A stretch of DNA of 64,000 nt from an uncultured candidate division Zixibacteria bacterium (GCA_963735035.1 CAVTJJ010000003.1:736001-800000), one strand, 5' to 3'; shown: positions 1 to 10,309, counted from the first letter of the stretch. Numbers and translations are program-made. The notes: generated from the sequence alone by a model not told the origin.

Positions 1-1
1 T

Positions 2-319
2 ATGCTTTCGGGCGGTCAGCAGCAGAGACTGTGTATCGCCCGTGCCCTGGCTGTCAGACCCGAAGTGCTTCTGATGGATGAACCGGCTTCGGCGCTCGAT
101 CCTATCTCTACTTCCAAGATCGAAGACCTGATCGGGGAGTTGAAGAAGAACTTCACGATTGTCATAGTCACGCACAATATGCAGCAGGCGGCCCGTATTT
201 CCGATTTCACCGGCTTCTTCTACGAGGGGCGGTTGATCGAGTTCGGGCTAACTAAGACAATATTTACGAAGCCTTACAACAAACGGACCGAGGATTACAT
301 CACCGGCCGCTTCGGCTGA
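2..319 (+). CDS. pstB: Phosphate ABC transporter ATP-binding protein (5'-truncated by window edge)
   Basis: [15 protein letters not shown] signature, Walker [24 protein letters not shown]-loop, C-terminal [10 protein letters not shown]; followed by phoU. Confidence 0.96.
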   Translation: MLSGGQQQRLCIARALAVRPEVLLMDEPASALDPISTSKIEDLIGELKKNFTIVIVTHNMQQAARISDFTGFFYEGRLIEFGLTKTIFTKPYNKRTEDYITGRFG

Positions 320-332
320 TGGAGAACATATT

Positions 333-1004
333 ATGGCTCAGCATTTACAGCGAGAAATCGAACAGCTCAAGAAGAAGATTCTTACTCTGGGCGCCACGGT
401 CGAGAGCGACATACATAAAGCCGTCCATTCGGTATTGAATCGCGATATCGACCAGGCCGTTGAAGTGATCAACCTCGACGCTACCATCGACCAGCTGGAA
501 GTTGACCTCGAGGAAGACTGCCTCAAGATTCTTGCGTTGCATCAACCGGTCGCTATTGATCTCAGGTTTATTGTAGCCGTTCTCAAGATCAATAACGACC
601 TGGAACGCATGGGCGATCTGGCGGTCAATATCTCCGAACGGGCGAAATTTCTCGCCACCAAGCGTCAGATCAATATCCCCTTTGATCTCCACACGCTCGC
701 GAAGAAAGCCATGGGGATGGTCCAAAAGAGCCTCGACTCGCTGGTCAATCTGGACGCGTCCCAGGCACGCGAAGTTTGCCGCATGGATGATGAAGTAGAC
801 GAGCTGAACCGCCAGGCCTTTGAGTCGGTCATGGCCACCATCCGTACCCAGCCGGACCAGGTTGATATCCTGATCGCCTATCTGTCCGCCTCCCGCTATT
901 TGGAACGAATCGCCGACCACGCCACCAATGTCGCCGAGGACGTCATTTACATGATCGAGGGGGTGATTGCGCGGCACCGAGAGGATTCGTCACGAATTGC
1001 CTGA
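333..1004 (+). CDS. phoU: Phosphate signalling complex protein PhoU
   Basis: QPVAIDLR, DLERMGDLAVNI, DDEVD and LERIADHATNVAE motifs; directly after pstB. Confidence 0.96.
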   Translation: MAQHLQREIEQLKKKILTLGATVESDIHKAVHSVLNRDIDQAVEVINLDATIDQLEVDLEEDCLKILALHQPVAIDLRFIVAVLKINNDLERMGDLAVNISERAKFLATKRQINIPFDLHTLAKKAMGMVQKSLDSLVNLDASQAREVCRMDDEVDELNRQAFESVMATIRTQPDQVDILIAYLSASRYLERIADHATNVAEDVIYMIEGVIARHREDSSRIA

Positions 1005-1200
1005 GCCGGTTTGACTTCGAGGAGTCGGAACACTGCAAACTACATGGGGCTGTCGCGTAACTAATCACTGGACATTCTATAAGTCCTCTTAAGATATTTA
1101 GAGGTATCACACAGATCTGACGGACTCCTGGTGGTGACTATCGAGAGCGCCTCTAAATAAGATCGCTACGACGGCAACGGCCGATGCGATACTGAGGAAC

Positions 1201-2112
1201 ATGCTGACTGGCGACCAAATCGGAGCCGCATCTAAACTCGATCGCAAGGGTATTGCGTCGTTCCTGCTTATCACCTTTGCCATTACTTACGCCATCGATC
1301 TGTCACTTATCGCGGCCGGATTTCGCATCACGCAGATCCCGGCTATGTACGGACAGCTTGCGGTCGCAGCCGTCATGTGGGTCCCGGCGCTGGCCACGTT
1401 TCTTACCGTCAAGTTCATTACGCGGGAAGGTTTCGCCGGCACGAATCTCCGCATCGGTCCGTGGAAGCCCTATCTCAAATCCGCATTGATTATCCCCCTT
1501 TGCTTTGCCGGTATCTATTTTCTCACCTGGCTCCTGAACCTGGGTGATCCCGACTGGAAGATGGAGCGGTTCTACGGTATGATTGCTTCGGCCGCTGGAC
1601 CGGGTACACCGTCGATACCATCTCTTGGACTAGTCTTGCCGGCGCTGTTCTTCCTAACGGTTATCATCGCACCTATCTTCAATGCGCTCCTCGGCTTTGG
1701 AGAGGAACTTGGTTGGCGAGGCTACTTGCTGCCCAAATTGATGCCTCTTGGAAAAGTCAGAGCGTATCTGCTGCTGGGCGTTGTGTGGTCTCTGTGGCAT
1801 CTGCCCCTTATCTTGATCGGATTCACTTACCCCGACCACCCGCTTCTCGGCATCGTTGCATTTACGGCCATGCTGTTTTCATTTGGGATCTACCTGAATG
1901 AGCTGACTCTCCGACACCACAGTTGTCTCCTGGCAGGTTGGATTCACGGCGTGTTCAACAGTCAGAAGTTGGGTATCTGGGTCTTGCTCTTTCCCGATGT
2001 GAATCCGCTAATCGGCGGCTATGCGGGGGTATGCGGCATAGTCGTATGGCTTGCTCTTGGACTGTACGAGATGCGACAGGCAAAACACGTTGAGGAAGTT
2101 GCCGTCGCCTGA
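1201..2112 (+). CDS. CPBP (CAAX/Abi) family intramembrane glutamic endopeptidase
   Basis: Multi-TM protein with EELGWRGYL, WSLWH and HGVFN motifs; GAGGA SD before ATG. Confidence 0.9.
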   Translation: MLTGDQIGAASKLDRKGIASFLLITFAITYAIDLSLIAAGFRITQIPAMYGQLAVAAVMWVPALATFLTVKFITREGFAGTNLRIGPWKPYLKSALIIPLCFAGIYFLTWLLNLGDPDWKMERFYGMIASAAGPGTPSIPSLGLVLPALFFLTVIIAPIFNALLGFGEELGWRGYLLPKLMPLGKVRAYLLLGVVWSLWHLPLILIGFTYPDHPLLGIVAFTAMLFSFGIYLNELTLRHHSCLLAGWIHGVFNSQKLGIWVLLFPDVNPLIGGYAGVCGIVVWLALGLYEMRQAKHVEEVAVA

Positions 2113-2328
2113 TTACAAGTAGGGACTCTTGCGGCAAACGCCGGTCATCGCTCAACCTGGGTCCCACATGCCGCCGCAACCATGTCCGATCCCATACTTC
2201 ACGATGGTGGCTTACTATCGACGAATCCGAATGCGGACACGCGCCCTGTCCGAGCAAAAAAACTTGACATCATCGCTCTTATTTTGTCTGTTGGGATCTG
2301 ACAGAAATTCTGGCGGATACGAATAAGA

Positions 2329-3636
2329 GTGGTTGAGTTGTCGAGCGAAATTAGTACGACCATGCGCCCGGCTGATACCGGGTGTTCTTATAGGCTGCTC
2401 CGGCATCTGTCGAAGGCCCTGCTGCTTTCCTGCCTTGTCACAGCGTGTTTGATGTCGGTTTCGGTCCAGGCCGTCGATCTTTCAGGTCGGATCACCTCCA
2501 GTCTGTACGGCTCCGAGCGCTCCCATGACAAATACTGGCGCGGCTACGTGGGATTCAATTCCAACGCTACCCTGTGGCGCTCGACTCAGAACCGATCCCT
2601 CGCACTTCATACGAACCTGCGCTGGACCGGTGATCTGGCCACCAAACGACCCGGCACGCCGCAGACTTATATATATGACCTCTACTTCAAACTCGCTGGT
2701 TATCCTTCGGGCAGTGCGATCTATGTCGGTCGTCAGTTCGCCTACAACACGCTGGGCAGCTCGTTGATCGACGGATTCCGCGCCAGACTGCGTATAGTCA
2801 AGGCAATCAACCTCGATTTCTTCGGCGGCGCAACCGTGGCGCATGAACGACCCGAGAAGATTCAATCTCTTGGCAATTTCAGCATGTTCGGCGCTCGCAT
2901 CGAATACACTCAGTCCCAAACCACACGACTGGCCCTCAACTGGCTCGCCCAGACATCGTACGGCTCAACCAGCCGTAACCGGGTCGGAGTCGATGCTTTC
3001 CGTGAGGTCCGGCAGATAGAGATGTACAGCCGGATATCGTACGATCTTCTTAATGCTGACATGGCCGGAGTGTTGGCCAGAATCTCCTCCCGCCCGGGCA
3101 AATGGTACCTGTCGGGGGAATTCGATTGGCGGAAGCCGTCGGTCGATGGCAATTCCATATTCAGCCTGATCGACGCCGATGCCTATAAGGGTGTCCGGGC
3201 TGAAGCCAATCGCACCGTGTGGCGGGATATTCGCCTGCTGGGCCAGTTCCACAAAGAATTCCTGGCCGAAGGGGACGCCTGGCGCACGGTGCTGGGTCTG
3301 CGTAACACTAATTTCATGATCGGCTGGTACCACCGCGCCGGGTATGGCGGAGAAAGCAACGGACTGCAAGGTCAGGTCAATCTGGACCTCAGACCCGGCC
3401 TCGAGCTGTACGGCTCGACTTTCATGTCGCGCTACCTGATCCAACCAGAGACTCGGGATAAGATCGACGCTTATTCATCCAGTGCCGGCTTACTCTGGCG
3501 ACCGGGCCGGGCGATGCAGATCAGGATCGAAGGCCAGTACTTGCGAAACGCCGTAGAAAAGAATGATTACCGGATATACGTTCAGTTGGCGAAGAATTTC
3601 GACATCAGATCGACTAGGACGGAGGCGGGAAAATGA
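2329..3636 (+). CDS. Predicted outer-membrane beta-barrel (porin of a porin-cytochrome cluster); start uncertain (GTG 2329 or ATG 2362)
   Basis: Signal peptide ending VQA; alternating amphipathic strands with many aromatics (YVGRQF, YRIYVQLAKNF); stop overlaps the start of a multiheme cytochrome. Confidence 0.7.
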   Translation: MVELSSEISTTMRPADTGCSYRLLRHLSKALLLSCLVTACLMSVSVQAVDLSGRITSSLYGSERSHDKYWRGYVGFNSNATLWRSTQNRSLALHTNLRWTGDLATKRPGTPQTYIYDLYFKLAGYPSGSAIYVGRQFAYNTLGSSLIDGFRARLRIVKAINLDFFGGATVAHERPEKIQSLGNFSMFGARIEYTQSQTTRLALNWLAQTSYGSTSRNRVGVDAFREVRQIEMYSRISYDLLNADMAGVLARISSRPGKWYLSGEFDWRKPSVDGNSIFSLIDADAYKGVRAEANRTVWRDIRLLGQFHKEFLAEGDAWRTVLGLRNTNFMIGWYHRAGYGGESNGLQGQVNLDLRPGLELYGSTFMSRYLIQPETRDKIDAYSSSAGLLWRPGRAMQIRIEGQYLRNAVEKNDYRIYVQLAKNFDIRSTRTEAGK

Positions 3637-4691
3637 ACATCCGACGTCCTGGTCTGCTTGCTGTGATAACGCTGACTGTCGCTGCCGCCATGATGGCGGG
3701 CACGCCTCCGCAGGCGACTGTTTCGAGTCTGATATTCTCGCACACCCTGCACGTCACGGGACAGGGAATCGAGTGTGTCGCCTGTCACGCCGAAATTCCA
3801 TCCAGTACCGGCGCCAAAGATCTCAAGCTCCCGACCATGGATGCGTGCGCCGCATGCCATGAAGTCGAAGATGACAAGACCTGCGGACAGTGCCACCGCG
3901 ATCCGGAGAATCCGTCACCGGCGGTTGCGACCAGACTTTCGGTCCAGTTCAACCACAAGCGACACTTGGAACTCAAAACCGCCTGTAACACTTGTCACAG
4001 CCTGACGAATGAAAACGGCGAAGCTCTGCTGACACCCACTTTGCCAAATAAGCCGATGTGTATGTCCTGTCACGATGGCGTCCGCGCCCCGTGGGATTGC
4101 CGTCTTTGCCACGCCGGCGGTAAGACGACTCTGGCCGATATCCATCCGACCGGTTGGCGTCACCAGCACGCCGAACAAGCCACGCTCAAGCCGGATTGGT
4201 GCCACACCTGCCACCAGCAGGAAGTGTACTGCATTAGCTGTCACCGGGGTGACAACCAGACCGGCAGCATTCACGATCTCAACTACGAATTTACGCACGG
4301 GCTCGACGCTCAGGGCAAAGAGGCCGATTGCGCCCATTGCCACGACAGACGCGCTTTCTGCAACGATTGCCACGAACGCGAGAACCGAATGCCGCTAGCC
4401 CACTCGACCGGAGCCTGGCTCACCGAACACGGACGGGCGGCGCGCAACGACATAGAGAACTGTGCCTCCTGCCATGAAGTCGATGATCCCACCTGCGCCC
4501 GCGCGGGTTGCCATCGCGATGCCGACGGAGTTCGCGGGACAGACCAGCCGATTCATTCGGCAGATGCGGGTCGATTCGATAGCCATGGACCGTGGCACAG
4601 CGACGATAGCTATTTCTGTTTCACCTGCCATACCAGCACCGGCCGTCCGGGGGTTGGTTTCTGCGGCTACTGTCACGGGAGCAAAGACTGA
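3633..4691 (+). CDS. Periplasmic multiheme c-type cytochrome (13 CxxCH plus 1 CxxxxCH), cytochrome c3/c7-like N-terminal part
   Basis: Manual motif count; signal peptide; FSHxxH and FNHxxH c3-type distal His motifs. Confidence 0.92.
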   Translation: MNIRRPGLLAVITLTVAAAMMAGTPPQATVSSLIFSHTLHVTGQGIECVACHAEIPSSTGAKDLKLPTMDACAACHEVEDDKTCGQCHRDPENPSPAVATRLSVQFNHKRHLELKTACNTCHSLTNENGEALLTPTLPNKPMCMSCHDGVRAPWDCRLCHAGGKTTLADIHPTGWRHQHAEQATLKPDWCHTCHQQEVYCISCHRGDNQTGSIHDLNYEFTHGLDAQGKEADCAHCHDRRAFCNDCHERENRMPLAHSTGAWLTEHGRAARNDIENCASCHEVDDPTCARAGCHRDADGVRGTDQPIHSADAGRFDSHGPWHSDDSYFCFTCHTSTGRPGVGFCGYCHGSKD

Positions 4692-6181
4692 TGAAAGCCC
4701 GGACAAATACTGGCCGCAGTCATAACGGAGCCGGTCTGGCATTAATTCTTTGCTTTGGTCTTCTTCTCTCCACCTGGTGCTGCAGCGATGAACGCACGGC
4801 CAGTCAGTTGCCGGGCACCCACTCGGCTTCGTGGATGGTTAGGGGATTGGCCGATTTTCATGGTACGGTCGCACTACAGAACGGCACCGGAAGTTGCGCC
4901 GTATGTCACGGGGAGGACTACAATGGCGGGCAGGTAGGCGTTTCATGTATTGATTGTCATCTAACCAGCGGTGCCTGTATCGCCTGCCACGGCGGATTGG
5001 ACAACCACACCGGCGCACCACCTCTCGGACTTCGCAGCGAAATTTCCGACACAACCGTGGCCGTGGGTGCACACACTCTGCACCTGACCGGAACGTCGCG
5101 CTCAGCTGCGGTGACCTGCCAGTCGTGTCACCTCGTTCCGGCAAGCATGTTCGAGCCGTATCATCTGAACGCCAACGGCGGCGTTCTTGATTCGATTGCC
5201 GAAATAACCTGGCAAGGATTCGCCGACGGCGGTCGCGCTCGATGGAACCGTACCGCTCGCACCTGCTCCCGCACTTATTGCCACGGCAATTTCAGCGGCG
5301 GTGATTCCACCTATTCTCCGATATGGACATCGCCCAAACCAGATTCATTGCGGTGTGGCACCTGTCATAATTCTGGTGACAACCCTGACTCTCTCGGATT
5401 CATCCATATAGTTCACTATTCCGGCAATACCTTCGTATGTGCCGACTGTCATTCCGGTGTGGTGGACTCGTCGCTGCACATCATCACCCCTTCGCTTCAC
5501 GTCAACGGCGTTGCCAACGTCACCCCTCTGGACACCACTAGGTGCGATCAGTGTCACGGCACCGGCCCGGCGGCCTGCACCCACTGTCACGGCGGCGGTG
5601 ACAATCAGACCGGGGCGCCGCCTCGTGGTTTGCACGGCGAAAATTCCGCGGCCGAACTGGCCGTGGGAGCGCACACCCCGCACATGGAAAGCGGCTATGT
5701 GGCTGACGCTTTCGCGTGCAATGAGTGCCACAAAGTGCCATCCCGCCTGTCCGATCCCGATCATTGGGCGGTTGATTCGGTTGCCGAAATCACCTGGGGT
5801 TCGCTGGCCGGCACCGGCTCGACCTGGAGTCGCATTACCCGCCGCTGCAGCTACACCTACTGCCATGGGAACTTCTACGGTGGATATATCGCCAACGCAC
5901 CTATCTGGAACGCCCCCGGCCAGGCAGCTTGCGGCTCGTGCCATGACGACGGCGCCAATCCGGGCGATCTGCTGGGCAAACACAGCAAGCATGTCCGTAG
6001 CGAACATATCGGATGCTACGAATGTCACTCCACTACGGTCGATTCGAGCTTGTCGATTATTGGCAAAGCGGTTCACGTCGATGGCCAGAACACGGTCGCG
6101 TTCGGAGCCAGACAGATTACTTACTCGAACGGCGGATGTTCCGGCTCAGGGCTCTGCCACGGTGATGAAAACTGGTTCTGA
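4691..6181 (+). CDS. Multiheme cytochrome c with CxxxxCH/CxxCH motif pairs, probable lipoprotein (11 CxxCH, 2 CX4CH, 1 CX5CH)
   Basis: CSRTYCH..CGTCH and CSYTYCH..CGSCH pairs; internal duplication (TGAPP...AVGAH twice); signal ending LSTWCC. Confidence 0.9.
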   Translation: MKARTNTGRSHNGAGLALILCFGLLLSTWCCSDERTASQLPGTHSASWMVRGLADFHGTVALQNGTGSCAVCHGEDYNGGQVGVSCIDCHLTSGACIACHGGLDNHTGAPPLGLRSEISDTTVAVGAHTLHLTGTSRSAAVTCQSCHLVPASMFEPYHLNANGGVLDSIAEITWQGFADGGRARWNRTARTCSRTYCHGNFSGGDSTYSPIWTSPKPDSLRCGTCHNSGDNPDSLGFIHIVHYSGNTFVCADCHSGVVDSSLHIITPSLHVNGVANVTPLDTTRCDQCHGTGPAACTHCHGGGDNQTGAPPRGLHGENSAAELAVGAHTPHMESGYVADAFACNECHKVPSRLSDPDHWAVDSVAEITWGSLAGTGSTWSRITRRCSYTYCHGNFYGGYIANAPIWNAPGQAACGSCHDDGANPGDLLGKHSKHVRSEHIGCYECHSTTVDSSLSIIGKAVHVDGQNTVAFGARQITYSNGGCSGSGLCHGDENWF

Positions 6182-6211
6182 TTAATCTGTATTGAGATTG
6201 AATGACTGCTT

Positions 6212-8008
6212 CTATTTCACGGCCAACTGCGGATTCGAGCGGGCGTCCCTGAGATACTGAGCGCACTTCCGAAGCGATTCAACGTAAACTACAACCACCA
6301 ATATTAGCATCACCACCGTCGCCAACGCATTCAGGTTTCCCGTGAAAGTATGCTTGGGGAGATAGTTGTTGACGATGTTCTCGATTCCCGCCACGAAAGT
6401 CGTCGCGAACATGAATAGCGACGGGATGAAAGTCATCAGAGCGTAAGTCCATTTCCCCGAACGCTTCAGAATATAGATTGTACCTATCGACAGCGCCAGT
6501 GTGGCCAGAAGTTGGTTCGCGACCCCAAACATCGGCCAGATCGATGAAATATCGCCGTTGTAAACCAGATACCCCCACAGGAAACTGATCGCGGCGCTGC
6601 TGAAAATGACCCCGGGCAGCCAGGTCGAACTTCCGAGTTTCGGATGAATCGGCTTGAGAATCTCCTGCAGGATATAGCGCGCGACACGGGTGCCGGTATC
6701 GACCGTGGTCAGGATGAACAGCGCTTCAAACATGATCGCGAAATGATACCAATAACTCATCAGGTGTTTCATGCCCTGAATCGACGACAGAATCAGCGAC
6801 ATCCCCGCCGCCAATGAAACCGCCCCTCCCGTCCGTCCGGCCAGCGTTTCACCCGTCATCTGCTCAATATAATGAAGCTGATCGATCTGCATGCCCAGCT
6901 TGCTGAATACTTCCGGCGGAAGATTGATCGCGAAGTAATCACCGGGCATCATGGTGGTGGCAGCTATCAGCGCCATTATCGAAACAACCGCCTCGGCCAG
7001 CATCGAGCCGTAACCGATCAGGCGAATATCTCCTTCGCCGCTGATCATCTTGGGCGTCGTACCGGAACTTATCAGCGCGTGGAACCCACTGATCGCTCCA
7101 CAGGCAATCGTGATGCAGACAAACGGCCACACGGTGCCGGGAATGATCGGCCCTCCCCCGTGCACGAACTGGGTAATCGCGGGCATATGAATGACCGGGT
7201 TGACCACTATAATGCCGACCGTCAACAGCAGGATGGTCCCGATCTTCATGTACGAGCTTAGATAATCACGCGGACACAGCAGCAGCCAGACCGGCAGCAC
7301 TGAAGCAATCAGGCCATAGAGCGGGAGAATGATCGAAAGCGCCGGCTTTGAGAGAATGAAGTATTGGCCGAAAGCCGTGTGTGACAGCGGTTCTCCGGCT
7401 ATGACACCCAGGACTACAATAGTCACGCCGACCAACGATGCCTCGACCAGTTTCCCGGGTCGCAGCTTATACATGTACAGCCCGACGAACAACGCGGCTG
7501 GAACCGTGACAGCAATAGTGAAAGTCGCCCAGGCGCTTTCATTCAGCGCATTGACCACCACCAGAGCCAAACCGGCCAGGGCGGTGACAATTATGAAGAG
7601 AATCGCAAACGCCGTCGCAACACTTGCCACCGGGCTGACATGTTCCTTCGCCAGATGAGTCAGCGATTGACCCTGCGACCGCACCGAAGCAAATAGAATC
7701 ACCATGTCATGCACAGCCCCGCCGAGCACGGCGCCGATCAAAATCCACAAGTATCCGGGCAAATACCCGAACTGGGCGGCCAGGACCGGCCCCACCAACG
7801 GACCCGCCCCCGAAATAGCCGCAAAATGATGACCAAACAGCACCCAGCGGTTGGTCGGGTGATAGTCTTTTCCGTCGCGCAACGTGTACGCCGGAGTAGG
7901 AAGTGACTTATCGAATACGAGCGCTTTGGTTATGATGAACTTGGCGTAGAATCGATACGCCAGCGCGAAGAGCAGCAGGGCAATTATGATCAGAGTCGAT
8001 GCGTTCAT
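6212..8008 (-). CDS. cstA: Carbon starvation protein A family transporter
   Basis: VLFGHHFAAISGAGPLVGPVLAAQFGYLPG, PRDYLSSYMK, TIACGAISGFHAL and WPMFGVANQLL motifs. Confidence 0.95.
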   Translation of the reverse strand: MNASTLIIIALLLFALAYRFYAKFIITKALVFDKSLPTPAYTLRDGKDYHPTNRWVLFGHHFAAISGAGPLVGPVLAAQFGYLPGYLWILIGAVLGGAVHDMVILFASVRSQGQSLTHLAKEHVSPVASVATAFAILFIIVTALAGLALVVVNALNESAWATFTIAVTVPAALFVGLYMYKLRPGKLVEASLVGVTIVVLGVIAGEPLSHTAFGQYFILSKPALSIILPLYGLIASVLPVWLLLCPRDYLSSYMKIGTILLLTVGIIVVNPVIHMPAITQFVHGGGPIIPGTVWPFVCITIACGAISGFHALISSGTTPKMISGEGDIRLIGYGSMLAEAVVSIMALIAATTMMPGDYFAINLPPEVFSKLGMQIDQLHYIEQMTGETLAGRTGGAVSLAAGMSLILSSIQGMKHLMSYWYHFAIMFEALFILTTVDTGTRVARYILQEILKPIHPKLGSSTWLPGVIFSSAAISFLWGYLVYNGDISSIWPMFGVANQLLATLALSIGTIYILKRSGKWTYALMTFIPSLFMFATTFVAGIENIVNNYLPKHTFTGNLNALATVVMLILVVVVYVESLRKCAQYLRDARSNPQLAVK

Positions 8009-8165
8009 GCACTTACCCGGATGCCAAAATCCGCCCGCAACCCAAAGTCTGCCTCATTGCGGGCACGTCATCCTGTTAGACATATAACCAATTTCCGGAG
8101 CATTACCAAACGAAAACTTGTCTAAACGGGTGCATCGCGCTCGCAGGCGCCAAAGTGACGCTATA

Positions 8166-9089
8166 CTATCCTGTTGCGCCCAACGCACTTTTCAGGTTTC
8201 TGGTCAGACTGATTGGATCTTCCAGCAGGCCCGTTGTCCTGAACTTGGCGATTATGCTCGGCGGCATCTGGTCCGATGTGACTCCCGCCAGGATCAAGGC
8301 GGTCTCCTCTTGCGTAAACTCCGCCAGGTGCTCCTTCCACAGACGGACATCTTTGTTCTCGGGACAATAGTGCTGGCATTGCATACAACCTACCAGGCAA
8401 TGGTGCCAGGACTTATCTATCCATTGCGGAAACTGCTCGGACGACTCGTTGTGAAGTGTCAGACACCTCTCGGTGTGCAATTGAAACCGATCCGGGTCGA
8501 TGGCTCCGGTGGGGCAATGTTTCGTGCAGGCCTGACAGCCATCACACGCGTCAAGTACTTGAGGCTCACGCCAGCTATCACTTTCTACCGGCATATCAGA
8601 GTAGAATGCGAGGAGGCGGTGAAAACTTCCCATCCCTTCCACATAGGCGACGTTGTTCTTGCCGTAGCGCGCTATACCGCTCCGGACCGCTAATAGCTTC
8701 AGCGGCAGCATAGCACGACAGATCTGAAATCCATGCGGTACCAGGGAAGACTCAATGGCGGACGTCACGGTCTCATCAATACTGTGCTCATATGTGGGCG
8801 GAATGATCAAGGTGCGTTGTTTCCCATCGATATCGAAAGTCACTTCCAGCGCCGGGCGCGGTACCGCTACGACAACTATCGAGCGCGCCCACGGAACATC
8901 CTGTGAGAGCATATTCTCGAAATAGGCCGCGTATTGTCTGAACACGGCGCTATTAATCAAGTTAGACGCCCGCCCCTCTTCAATAGTCCGGCGTAATTCG
9001 AGCGAGCGCTCGGCCGACACGACCGCGGATTTGAATCCCCACTGCTCCAGGCTTGCCTGCAAGGCGTCGAGAACTTCTCTTGAACTCAT
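8166..9089 (-). CDS. Epoxyqueuosine reductase (QueG)/reductive dehalogenase-like 4Fe-4S dicluster protein
   Basis: KLLAVRSGIARYGKNN..G.GSF, CDGCQACTKHCPTGAI, RCLT and LVGCMQCQHYCPEN. Confidence 0.78.
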   Translation of the reverse strand: MSSREVLDALQASLEQWGFKSAVVSAERSLELRRTIEEGRASNLINSAVFRQYAAYFENMLSQDVPWARSIVVVAVPRPALEVTFDIDGKQRTLIIPPTYEHSIDETVTSAIESSLVPHGFQICRAMLPLKLLAVRSGIARYGKNNVAYVEGMGSFHRLLAFYSDMPVESDSWREPQVLDACDGCQACTKHCPTGAIDPDRFQLHTERCLTLHNESSEQFPQWIDKSWHHCLVGCMQCQHYCPENKDVRLWKEHLAEFTQEETALILAGVTSDQMPPSIIAKFRTTGLLEDPISLTRNLKSALGATG

Positions 9090-9131
9090 GTAAAGCGCTC
9101 CAATTCCGAATTCTTATCCGTAGTATCTGCC

Positions 9132-9189
9132 GTTACCGCCAATAATATATTACTGGTTACGTTACCTGTCAATACGTTTTACCGGTTAT
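9132..9189. promoter_or_regulatory. Two abutting 29-bp imperfect inverted repeats (GTTACC-N17-GGTTAY), candidate operator
   Basis: gttaccgccaataatatattactggttac (9132-9160) and gttacctgtcaatacgttttaccggttat (9161-9189) between divergent genes. Confidence 0.55.
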
Positions 9190-9205
9190 TTTTGTTTACA
9201 AGTTA

Positions 9206-9802
9206 TTGGAGACGCTGTATCTTTGTACTATGAAGAACCTCAACCTGCTCACCACCGGGAGCAAACCCGCGCCGGGCGAACTCGTTCTCGTACAGGGGCT
9301 TGTGAATACATTCAATGTCGAAACGGGTGAAGATGAAATCGGCACCAAAGAATCGCTTAAAGCCTGGCTGGTCCGCCATGGCTTGCTGCGCTCGGCCGCA
9401 GAAGTAACTTCTGAGGACCATCGGATCGCACTATCGTTTCGTGAAGCAATCAGACACCTCCTGTTAGCCAACAACGGCCAAACGGTGGAACCCGCGTCGC
9501 TAAAGCAGATAAATGCTCTGACCTCTCGGCTCAAACTGGGAATACAATTCAAGTCTGACGGGAATCTAACCCTCTCGCCTGACAGCGACGGCATTGCCGG
9601 TGTTTGCGAGCAGATACTGGCTATTGTAGTTCAGGCCATCAACAAGGGGACCTGGTCTCGCCTGAAAGCCTGTCACGAGTCCCACTGCCAGTGGGTGTTC
9701 TATGACTCTTCGAAGAATCACTCCGGTCGCTGGTGCTCGATGACTGTCTGCGGCAGCCGCGACAAGGCCCGAGCCTTTCGCAAGCGTAGATCCCTGGGGT
9801 AG
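9206..9802 (+). CDS. CGNR zinc-finger / ABATE domain putative transcription regulator (start TTG 9206 or ATG 9230)
   Basis: PAPGEL.LVQ.LVNT N-terminus; C-terminal RLKACHESHCQWVFYDSSKNHSGRWCSMTVCGSRDKARAFR. Confidence 0.9.
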   Translation: METLYLCTMKNLNLLTTGSKPAPGELVLVQGLVNTFNVETGEDEIGTKESLKAWLVRHGLLRSAAEVTSEDHRIALSFREAIRHLLLANNGQTVEPASLKQINALTSRLKLGIQFKSDGNLTLSPDSDGIAGVCEQILAIVVQAINKGTWSRLKACHESHCQWVFYDSSKNHSGRWCSMTVCGSRDKARAFRKRRSLG

Positions 9803-9814
9803 TGAAATTGCTAA

Positions 9815-10234
9815 TCAGTGGGAAGGTTGCTGAACGACTAGCTGAGGGGTCGGCTCAACGACGTCTATTATCCAGGCCAGAGCTACCTTCTCCCAGTTCT
9901 CCGTAATTCTGGCGTCAATGATACGATCATTGGTGGGGTACTGGGCCTTCGCGCAGGCTTGAATGACCATACCTTTGGCTACAGGCGACTCAACTATGAT
10001 GGCGCCTCTTTCACATCCCATTTTCCAAACGGCATCGTAAAGTTGGTCGAATACTTTGAGCACTTCAGGCGTCGGCAGGGTCAGCCTTCTCGAGTCAATC
10101 AAGAGTGAAAATGGTCCGGCGTGCTCGGCGAACGCAGCCATAACATCGGATTTGTACCGTTGCACTTCGTCGATTTTGAAAGTGCCCAACTGCACAATCT
10201 TGAATCCGTATGATGTCTTCTCGATCGAATACAT
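9815..10234 (-). CDS. Hypothetical protein, possibly STAS/SpoIIAA-like fold
   Basis: 139-aa ORF; FSLLIDSRRL...RGAIIV...ALAWI pattern resembles SpoIIAA-like proteins. Confidence 0.55.
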   Translation of the reverse strand: MYSIEKTSYGFKIVQLGTFKIDEVQRYKSDVMAAFAEHAGPFSLLIDSRRLTLPTPEVLKVFDQLYDAVWKMGCERGAIIVESPVAKGMVIQACAKAQYPTNDRIIDARITENWEKVALAWIIDVVEPTPQLVVQQPSH

Positions 10235-10309
10235 TGAGCCGATAATCCGGTTTTTAGAGAAACTTATCTCTATTATCGGCCAATCCTGGGGGGTACTTGA
10301 CTAACAGAG

